This document shows positions 24,081-31,560 of a stretch of 58,438 nucleotides of DNA, piece after piece. The notes below the pieces were generated by a model. That model saw only the letters and a list, made by a program, of their open reading frames with translations. It searched no databases and had not been told where the DNA came from. Positions within the stretch are counted from its first letter, which is position 1, and each line of letters begins with the position of its first letter. The DNA comes from a virus. Where the stretch lies: IMG/VR virus record IMGVR_UViG_3300034031_000030, positions 1 through 58,438 of that record; one strand, written 5' to 3'. A program made the translations under genes and the position numbers.

Positions 24081-24863
24081 CTACCCTGCCAATGTTTCGA
24101 TGTAGCGCGTGGCCAGCAGCCGGGCGACGGTCGCCGCTTCCCAAGCTCCGCCGCGCTTGGTTTTATGACCATTGGCCGTCAAATGCGCGGCGATACGCCG
24201 CAGAGAAAGCCCGCCTTCGTGCAGCTCGCGCACGAGGTTGACGGTTTTCATTTCGTCTTCATCCTCGACGAGCATCTTCACGCCGTCGGCACCTTCGATG
24301 GTTTTGTATCCAAGCGGTGTTGTCCCCAGTCGCTCCTTGCGCGCTTTCTTCTGGCCAAGCGCGGCGGCGGTGCGTTCGGCGATGATGCCGCGCTCCCATT
24401 CCGCGATGGTAGCGATGAAGGTGCGCATCATGCGGCCTGTCGCCGTGCTGGTGTCGATGTGTTCCGCGATCGTCGCCCATTCGCCGCCGGTGTCTGCTAC
24501 CAGCGCATCGAGCGTGTACAGATCGGGCACAGAGCGCGTGAAACGGTCCAGCTTGAGCGCGAGAAGAACGCGGCCGGGTTGCATCGCGCGAAGGGCTCGA
24601 CGAAGAGCCGGGCGCTCTAAATTCTTGGCACTGACACCGGCATCTTCAAATACCTCGAGTAACTCCCAGCCATTCGCCGCACATTGCGCCTGGATGCGCG
24701 CGCGCTGGTTATCAAGGGATAGACCGGAATCCGCCTGTTCGTCGCTAGAAACGCGAATATAGCCCAAACAAAGCGATACTTTGACCGCCTGTTTCGGTCG
24801 TTTTTTTGTGCTTATTTTTTTGTGCGTTTTTGCGCCGTTTTTGGGTGCATATTTCGTGAGCAT
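24081..24863 (-). CDS. Small serine recombinase (resolvase/invertase family)
   Basis: GYIRVSSDEQADSGLSLDNQ (catalytic Ser region), with a C-terminal HTH-like LSLRRIAAHLTANGHKTKRGG. The annotated ATG gives an unusual ~30-aa Lys-rich leader; TTG just before GYIRV is an alternative start. Confidence 0.9.
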   Translation of the reverse strand: MLTKYAPKNGAKTHKKISTKKRPKQAVKVSLCLGYIRVSSDEQADSGLSLDNQRARIQAQCAANGWELLEVFEDAGVSAKNLERPALRRALRAMQPGRVLLALKLDRFTRSVPDLYTLDALVADTGGEWATIAEHIDTSTATGRMMRTFIATIAEWERGIIAERTAAALGQKKARKERLGTTPLGYKTIEGADGVKMLVEDEDEMKTVNLVRELHEGGLSLRRIAAHLTANGHKTKRGGAWEAATVARLLATRYIETLAG

Positions 24864-24913
24864 TTTTGGCCGGTTTTACGAGTGATTTGCGCGTTTTGGA
24901 CACAGCGCGCAAA

Positions 24914-24974
24914 GGGTGTAAACAAAGGTCGAATCCGAGGGTGTAACGAATAAGGACTGATTGTTTACAAACCC
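24914..24974. promoter_or_regulatory. Three related 12-14-bp sites (GGGTGTAAACAA, GGGTGTAACGAA, inverted TTGTTTACAAACCC) upstream of the serine recombinase; res-like candidate
   Basis: Sites at 24914-24925, 24939-24950 and 24961-24974, read directly. Confidence 0.35.
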
Positions 24975-25223
24975 TCGCCCATGGGTTTATGTCCCCGGAT
25001 GCTCATCTGGCGCGTCTCGGCAATGCCATGGCAGTAGCGCGGCAGTCCAATAGATTGCAGAAAAAGGCCGCGTGACACGGCCAATATCGTTCCGAATTCA
25101 GCTGGAAACGGAGTTTTTTGTTGCTTCCATTGCCGTGAGAGTGCCGTGACGCTGCCGAGCTAAAAGTGCGATGTCTGATAGAAGTTGTTTCATGTCAGAA
25201 TAAGCGTGCTTTTAACAGCCCCT

Positions 25224-25577
25224 ATGAGCGTATCTCTCTCCATTTCGCAACCGGTATCGTCGCCGTTTTCGACGATCGAAAGAATGACACATTCGCTTTC
25301 AGGCGCTTGCTCCAAGCGCATCACCAATCAGGTCACGGATCACGAAGCTGCCAAACAGCGCATCATTGACCGGCTGCCCGTGCGTGACGAAGATGAGTGG
25401 TACACGCCGGAAGATATTGCGCCTCTTCTTGGAGTCAAAGTCCGCCAGGTGCGGTACTACTGTCACGCCATCTGGAAGAACCACGATCCGAAGTCTCAAT
25501 GGCGTCTGCGTCGCGCCGAAGCGGAGCGCCTTATCCGCAAAGCCTATTTCTCTGGCTCCAAGATCCCGCGGGTCTAG
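25224..25577 (+). CDS. Putative DNA-binding regulator, paralogue of 37055..37564
   Basis: WYTPEDIAPLLGVKVRQVRYYCHAIW...WRL aligns with FYQCPDFAEILGIRAATFRHHCRAVM...FRL in the other copy. The start is uncertain (25185, 25224 or 25284). Confidence 0.5.
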   Translation: MSVSLSISQPVSSPFSTIERMTHSLSGACSKRITNQVTDHEAAKQRIIDRLPVRDEDEWYTPEDIAPLLGVKVRQVRYYCHAIWKNHDPKSQWRLRRAEAERLIRKAYFSGSKIPRV

Positions 25578-25591
25578 TCTCACTTCTCCCC

Positions 25592-25789
25592 ATGCGCCTG
25601 CTGTTGCTTGAAACCGCTCAGTTCATCGTACTTTTGTTGTTATGCGTTCATCTCGCCCTCGTCGTTGGATCTCTTTGCTTTCTCCCCCACGCCACCACGC
25701 ACGAGCAGTTTCTACTTGCCGTCCTTTTTGCCATTTTCAACGCATGGCACTGTGACTTGAACTTGCGCCGTCTATCGTCTCTCTTCTGA
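25592..25789 (+). CDS. Possible small hydrophobic protein
   Basis: MRLLLLETAQFIVLLLLCVHLALVVGSLCF... No clear RBS. Confidence 0.3.
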   Translation: MRLLLLETAQFIVLLLLCVHLALVVGSLCFLPHATTHEQFLLAVLFAIFNAWHCDLNLRRLSSLF

Positions 25790-25810
25790 TTTTGCGACGG
25801 TGATTTCGCG

Positions 25811-25849
25811 GAATTGCCGCGCGACTGCCGCGCCGTTGCCGCGCCGTGA
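25811..25849 (+). repeat. Iteron block A: 39 bp identical to 37636-37674 (TGCCGCGCGAC, TGCCGCGCCGT, TGCCGCGCCGT at 11-bp period)
   Basis: GAATTGCCGCGCGACTGCCGCGCCGTTGCCGCGCCGTGA was compared directly. Looser similarity extends over 25803-25862. Confidence 0.95.
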
Positions 25850-25984
25850 ATGCTGCCTGTTTCACGCGTAAACCCCTGTTCGTTAGCGTTCGCTGCATTT
25901 GTCCGCATCACCGGCCACTCGCCGATTTATTAGCTTTGCGCGCCACAAATGTAGCGAACCAATTTTTGAACTGATGGGGTCGGT

Positions 25985-26308
25985 ATGAAATCGAGCAGCC
26001 GCGCGGCAAAGAGCCTGAGCGCAATCCTGGTGACTTTGGCAGCCATATTCGGTGCTCTGGTGGTGGATGCCACCTTTCGCGCATCTATCCCGCCTCTGGC
26101 CTTCACGATCGTCGCCGCGCTCGGTGCCGGCATCATCGCACTCCGCAAATTCCTGGTCAAAGACACGCCAAGGCGCAAAGCGCGGCGACGGCGCACTGCA
26201 GCCAAGAAAGCCGCTGCAGCTGCCGCCGCTGATTCTCCTCTCAACCCTGAAATTGCCACAACCCCCGAATCGAAGGAACACAATGAAGAGTCGAATACCG
26301 CTGGTTGA
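25985..26308 (+). CDS. Holin-like protein (two transmembrane segments and a basic C-terminal tail)
   Basis: LSAILVTLAAIFGALVV and PPLAFTIVAALGAGIIAL, then RRKARRRR. Immediately upstream of, and overlapping, the endolysin gene. Confidence 0.6.
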   Translation: MKSSSRAAKSLSAILVTLAAIFGALVVDATFRASIPPLAFTIVAALGAGIIALRKFLVKDTPRRKARRRRTAAKKAAAAAAADSPLNPEIATTPESKEHNEESNTAG

Positions 26309-26861
26309 TCTCGACCGCCTGGAACATGTTATCGCGCAGATGGAGCGGCGCGGCGTGAAGTACGGTCTGGGTGCTAAAGCTGAAGGCGGGAAGCACCCGG
26401 AAACTGGCAGGCGCTTTAACCCGCGCAGTAACGGCACCATTTCAACACCGGTCAGCAGCATCGATAACATCGACTGTTCCGGTCTTGTCCGCTACGCCCT
26501 GCACTACGCCACCAAGGGCGCCCTCCGCATCCCCGATGGCAGCCAACGCCAGCGCGAGTGGTGCGAGGACATGGCACGGCTGGGTTTGTTGCATCCCGTT
26601 GGCCGCTATGCCGATGCCGCTAAGCACATGACGGGCAAGCGCCTTTTTATCTGCTTCATCAAGCCGTTCACCAATGGCTGTGGCCCCGTCGGCCATGTCT
26701 GGCTTTTGAGCCAGTACGACGATGGAGATAATGGCACTCCTGCCGGAACTCTGGAGTCCCACGGCGGCGTTGGCGTGAACAGCCGCGCCTGGAACTCGCG
26801 CACGCTCGTTCGCGAGTTTTATTCGTGCTACGAGCTGCTGACTGTCCAGGGAGCGGCGTAA
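26283..26861 (+). CDS. Endolysin, NlpC/P60-type cysteine peptidase
   Basis: NIDCSGLVRYALH (catalytic Cys context) and GHVWLL (His). Confidence 0.8.
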   Translation: MKSRIPLVDLDRLEHVIAQMERRGVKYGLGAKAEGGKHPETGRRFNPRSNGTISTPVSSIDNIDCSGLVRYALHYATKGALRIPDGSQRQREWCEDMARLGLLHPVGRYADAAKHMTGKRLFICFIKPFTNGCGPVGHVWLLSQYDDGDNGTPAGTLESHGGVGVNSRAWNSRTLVREFYSCYELLTVQGAA

Positions 26862-27142
26862 TGACGCTCCCTTTCACTCTTGAGCAGGGCATGGGCTTTT
26901 TGCTTTTCCTCGGTGCCATTATCGGCGCCGGGGCCTTTGTCGCCGCACACATCACCCGTGCTGCGCTCGAAGCGTGGAAGGGACTAGCGGAAGCGCGTGG
27001 CCAGGAGAACGAGCAGCTGAAGGCGAAAGTGACCCGATTGGAAAACCGCGTTCTTACGCTCGAAGAACAAATCGAGGCCCTGCTCAAGCAGATCACCCCC
27101 GGACGTATCGGCAAGAAGCCCACCATTCCCGCCGACCTTTGA
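26861..27142 (+). CDS. Spanin-like protein (N-terminal transmembrane segment plus coiled coil)
   Basis: TAATG coupling. GFLLFLGAIIGAGAFVAAHI followed by the heptad-like LKAKVTRLENRVLTLEEQIEALLKQI. Confidence 0.5.
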   Translation: MTLPFTLEQGMGFLLFLGAIIGAGAFVAAHITRAALEAWKGLAEARGQENEQLKAKVTRLENRVLTLEEQIEALLKQITPGRIGKKPTIPADL

Positions 27143-27160
27143 CACCGCACGGAATCCATT

Positions 27161-27568
27161 ATGAATTCAACCCCCCACAAACCGCGCCTGCTGATTGCGG
27201 AAGACAACGGCTCGATCCGTGACGTTCTCGCCATTCTTTTGGCCGTAGAAGGCTTTGATGCTGTTTTCGCCATCAACGGCGCTCAGGCCCTGAAAGCGTT
27301 TCAGGATGCTGAGAGCGCAGGACGTGCGTTCGACCTCTGCATCTTCGACCGTCAGATGCCAGTTTTGGGCGGCTTTGAAGCCGCTTGTCTGGTGCGTTGC
27401 GAGAGCGCGCACGTCCCCATCGTTTTCTTGACGGCCGCGCCCCACGAAGTCACGCCCGAGATGATGCAGGAAGTTGGTGCCGTAGCCCTGTGGGCCAAGC
27501 CCAACGACGTTGTTGGCATGGCGGTCCTGATTCGGGAGGTGCTGGCCAGTGCCGAAAAAGATTCCTGA
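27161..27568 (+). CDS. Stand-alone response-regulator receiver (CheY-like) domain protein
   Basis: LLIAEDN (acidic pair), CIFDRQMPVLGG (phospho-acceptor Asp context), VFLTA (Thr), WAKP (Lys-Pro). Confidence 0.85.
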   Translation: MNSTPHKPRLLIAEDNGSIRDVLAILLAVEGFDAVFAINGAQALKAFQDAESAGRAFDLCIFDRQMPVLGGFEAACLVRCESAHVPIVFLTAAPHEVTPEMMQEVGAVALWAKPNDVVGMAVLIREVLASAEKDS

Positions 27569-28274
27569 TAAAAAGGGCGGCTATGTCTTTGAAGAAGATG
27601 TCGTCGGTTACGTCCTCAACGAAATAATCGAGGATGGAAATACATCGTCAGCCGCGCCCAAACCGGGTGCGGCTGTCGTCGATGATGAAACCTCTGCCGA
27701 AGCCGTTGATGAAAGCGGCCTGACCTACAAGTTGCGGATGTTTGTCGATCACTTTCTAATTTGCGGCAACGCCTCGCGTGCCGCGCGACTCGCCGGGTAT
27801 TCGGAGAGATCTGCGGGCAGCATCGGCTCCGAAAACCTGAAGAAACCTGAAGTTAAAGCCCTTATCGAGGCGAAAATGGCCGAAGTGGCCATGAGCCGGA
27901 ATGAGGTTTTGATGCGCCTGTCACAGTTCGGTCGTGGCTCGATCGTTCCGTTTCTGAACCCGGAAGGTCATGTCGATCTCACCACGGATGATGCGAAGGA
28001 ACACCTCCATCTCGTGAAGAAAGTGAAGGTCAAAAAGCGTGTCGGCGGGCCGGAAGAGGACCCATACACCGAAACCGACACGGAAATCGAACTCCACGAT
28101 CCGCAATCTTCCCTGGTCCAAATGGGCCGCCACCACAAGCTCTTCACCGACAAGGTAGATGTCGAGCACGCCAACCCAATTAAAAAAGAAGATGTCACAG
28201 ACTACGACAACCTGGAACCCGGAGAGCTTAATAGCCGAATCGAAGCGGCGCTTAAAGATGCTCCACGCGGCTAA
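27549..28274 (+). CDS. terS: Terminase small subunit
   Basis: GNASRAARLAGYSERSAGSIGSENLKKPEVKALIE matches the Terminase_2-type HTH pattern. It lies directly upstream of terL. Confidence 0.85.
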   Translation: MPKKIPDKKGGYVFEEDVVGYVLNEIIEDGNTSSAAPKPGAAVVDDETSAEAVDESGLTYKLRMFVDHFLICGNASRAARLAGYSERSAGSIGSENLKKPEVKALIEAKMAEVAMSRNEVLMRLSQFGRGSIVPFLNPEGHVDLTTDDAKEHLHLVKKVKVKKRVGGPEEDPYTETDTEIELHDPQSSLVQMGRHHKLFTDKVDVEHANPIKKEDVTDYDNLEPGELNSRIEAALKDAPRG

Positions 28275-29958
28275 CGCCGATCGGGATTTGCAAAAGCTGC
28301 TGTATGCGCAATGCCAGAACGACATCTTGTTCTGGTTCGATAACTTCGTCTGGGCCACTGATCCGCGCGAAATCACGGCGAAAATGCCGATGATCCTGTT
28401 TCCGCGTCAGCGGGAAATGGTATTGTGGCTGCAGGAGCGCGAGGCGAACCGCGAAGGCGGCCTAGTTGAGAAATCGCGCGACTTTGGCGCGACCGTGATT
28501 TGCTCCGGCTACGCGATTCACGGCTGGTTGTTCCGCGAGGGCTTTCGCGCCGGCTTTGGCTCGCGCAAGCTGGAATACGTCGATAACAGCGAAGATGACA
28601 AAACCATCTTCGCTAAATTGCGTTTTACGCTCGATAACTTGCCGTGGTGGATGAAGCCCGCGCCGGCGAATTACCTTTCCAAATACTGCCTGCTCAAGAA
28701 TTTCGACCGCGACAACTCGATCAGCGGCGAAGGCGGCGCCTCGATCGGGCGCGGCGACCGTACTTCGCTTTATTTCGTCGATGAAGCAGCGTTCCTCGAG
28801 CGCCCGCACCTGGTCGATGCAGCCCTGTCTCAAACAACGAACACGCGTTTCGATATCTCCACGCCCAATGGCCTGGGCAACTCGTTTTATAAAAAGCGCC
28901 ATGGCGGAAAAACGCCCGTTTTCTCCTGCCACTGGAAACAGGACTCGCGCAAAAATCACTGGCTTATCGAGGATGCGGACAAAAACGTGATTGCGCGTGG
29001 CAATGGTGACATCGATGTTGCCGTTCCCGAAGGTTGTCGCGCTTATTACCCGTGGTACGAAAAGCAAGTTAACGAGCTGAACGATCCCGTCGTCATCGCC
29101 CAAGAAATCGACATCGATTACGCGGCGTCGGTTGAAGGCATTTGCATTCCAGCGGCGCACGTCCGCGCTGCAGTCAATCTCCACCTCCGAATCGAAATAC
29201 CGCAAAACGGAGCCCTCCGCGCGAGTGCCGACCTTGCAGGCGGCGGCGCTAACCAGAACGTCGTGGGCTTTATGCGCGGGCTTGTTCTCCAAGATGATAT
29301 CGAAGCCTGGCGCAATCCATCCTCGAATTACAACGCCACCAAAATCAAGAATCTTTGCGAGGCGCGCGAGGCGGCCAGTCTTTGCTACGACGCCGGCGGC
29401 GGCTATGGCGCTGCTGTGGCCGACATGGCGCGTGATGCCGACAACCCGCCCCGATTCAAGGTGCGTGCGCTGCACGGTAACGATTCACCTTCCCTGACCG
29501 AATGGCCCGAGAAGGGCGACAACGGCCACCGCAAAACCAGCCGCGATAAGTTCGTCAACGGACGCGCAGAGCGCTGGTGGATGCTGCGCGAACGTTTCCG
29601 TAAAGCCTGGGAAACCGTCGAGGGACACAAGGAATATCCGCTCGACGAACTGATCTCGATTCCCAACCACGCGGAACTGATCGCTGACCTTTCCAAACCG
29701 CTGGTCGTGAGCAGCGGCACGACGGGAAAGCTCGGCATCGAATCGAAAGAAAAGATGAAAGAGCGCGGCGTTGAGTCTCCCGACTTCGGCGATATGCTCG
29801 CGCAGTTAATGGCCCCCAAGTCCGCTGACGAAGCGCTTGACGATCTTCGTGATCGATTGAAGGCACAGGCCGCAAAGAACACCGCCCCAAAATCCGTCGA
29901 TGAGGCACTTAACGGACTCCGTGAGCGAGTCCGCGCGCTGAACACACCGAAGTCGTAA
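28258..29958 (+). CDS. terL: Terminase large subunit
   Basis: GATVICSGYAIHGW and Walker-B-like SLYFVDEAAF, with appropriate length and position. Alternative starts at 28159 or 28192. Confidence 0.88.
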   Translation: MLHAANADRDLQKLLYAQCQNDILFWFDNFVWATDPREITAKMPMILFPRQREMVLWLQEREANREGGLVEKSRDFGATVICSGYAIHGWLFREGFRAGFGSRKLEYVDNSEDDKTIFAKLRFTLDNLPWWMKPAPANYLSKYCLLKNFDRDNSISGEGGASIGRGDRTSLYFVDEAAFLERPHLVDAALSQTTNTRFDISTPNGLGNSFYKKRHGGKTPVFSCHWKQDSRKNHWLIEDADKNVIARGNGDIDVAVPEGCRAYYPWYEKQVNELNDPVVIAQEIDIDYAASVEGICIPAAHVRAAVNLHLRIEIPQNGALRASADLAGGGANQNVVGFMRGLVLQDDIEAWRNPSSNYNATKIKNLCEAREAASLCYDAGGGYGAAVADMARDADNPPRFKVRALHGNDSPSLTEWPEKGDNGHRKTSRDKFVNGRAERWWMLRERFRKAWETVEGHKEYPLDELISIPNHAELIADLSKPLVVSSGTTGKLGIESKEKMKERGVESPDFGDMLAQLMAPKSADEALDDLRDRLKAQAAKNTAPKSVDEALNGLRERVRALNTPKS

Positions 29959-29975
29959 TCACCCACTGAGGCAAC

Positions 29976-31560
29976 ATGGCAATTAAGAAATTCTGGAACT
30001 GGAACAAGGACAAGCAGAACGCAATCGTGAGTACGGTCGATCCCGCGCCGATCGCAGACTCAATCGCTGTCGAGCCGCCCGTAGAGACGGCTCTAGCCAC
30101 CGTCGGCGTCAGCCCTGAACAGTCTGCGGAAGTAAAGCGCTTGTTCGCTGATCTCACTGCGGAAATTCAGCGTGCTGAAGAAAGCGGCCGCGATGCGCAC
30201 CAGTTGCGCCAGGCGTTCGCGTATCTCACCAACGATCCGCTTCGTTTCCAGACACCGCACGATCCGCGTTTTCGACCCTACACTCCGTTGTCAGTCGATG
30301 CCTTGCGCATCATCGCGCGTTCGGTCGATGTTTCTGCCGACTGCATCGCTTACATCAAGCGCGAAGTCACCAAAGTGCCTCTGGCCGTTGTTCCACGCGA
30401 TTCCGCCGACACCAGCAAAGCGACTCTGAAAGCGAAAGAAGAGGCCGAGGAATGGATGTCAGAATCCGGCGGCCTTGGCGGCTACGGCATCGAGCGCAGC
30501 GTATTTGAGGGCCAGATCATCGACGACCTGCTCATTGTCGGTGCAGCGGCTATTCTCTACGAGTTTGAAACCGTCGGTGAAATGCACGACAACAGCCCGA
30601 GTCAGGTTCGTGCCATCGATGGCGGAACGATTCGCCCCCTGGTGACGGCACAGGGATTCCCGATCGGATACGACGGCGAGGCTTTTGAACAATGGATTCA
30701 GGGCGTGCCTTGCGCGCGGTTTACGCGCGACGAGCTGGCATACATCAGCCTGCCTAGCTTCAGCCGCACCGACAGTGTGTACCCGATGTCGCCCACGGAG
30801 AACGCGGCGCTCCAGCTCTATACGCTGATGAAGATCGATGAGTGGAACCGCACATGGTTGACCGACGGCAGCGGCTACCGCCGCTGGATGAAGCTCAATC
30901 CTGATGTCACTCCAGAGCAGGCCAGCGCATGGATTGACATCATCAATCTGCAAACCCAGGGTATCGCTGCAGAGCGTCAGAAAATGGGCGTTCTACCGGG
31001 GGAAATGACCGGTGAAGAATCACGAAAGGATCAGGACTTCGAGGGCTTCGAACACACTCGCATCAATCGCATTTGCAAAAGTTACGGCGTTAATCCCGCG
31101 TCGGTGGGACAGCACTCGCAGCAATACAAAGACTCGCAGGATGCCGCGATGGATTCGTCGCGCGAAGGTCCAGTTGCGGAAATTCTCACCTTGCGCGAAC
31201 TGCTTTATAACGCGCTCCTCAAACGTAAGGGCTGGGGCTGCCTGAAGGTTACGGAAGATATTCCAGCACCGAATGAAACGCCGACGGAAAAAGCCGCGCG
31301 ACTCAAAACGCTCATCGAGAGTGGCCAGATCACAGTCAACGGCGCCTTATCCGAATACGACCTCGATCCGGTCGATGGCGGCGATCAGATTCTCGTTAGC
31401 AGCACGGTCATTCCTCTTTCCAGGCTGTTGGCTGCACCGGCCCCAGGTGAAACACCTCCAGGTGATGAACCGACCGGAGACGACGATAAAGGCGGCGGGC
31501 CAGATGACGATAAGCCTGGTGGCGGCACTCCAACGCCAAAAGGCGGCAAAGAAGTTTCTC
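29976..31560 (+). other. Portal-like region of the giant ORF
   Basis: Synteny (terL, portal, protease-scaffold, MCP) and size (~520 aa). No motif-level proof. Confidence 0.6.

Noticed and set aside
24925-24945. tRNA-like T-arm resemblance (GGTCGAATCC) here and in class I loops, considered as a possible tRNA gene or tRNA-derived attP core.
   Set aside because: No flanking acceptor, anticodon or D-arm complementarity could be drawn, and the motif lacks the TTCGAAT loop within a 5-bp stem. No tRNA is called.
25859-25875. TGTTTCACGCGTAAACC, considered as a canonical parS (TGTTTCACGTGAAACA).
   Set aside because: It is not a palindrome; its reverse complement differs at several positions. It also occurs only once.
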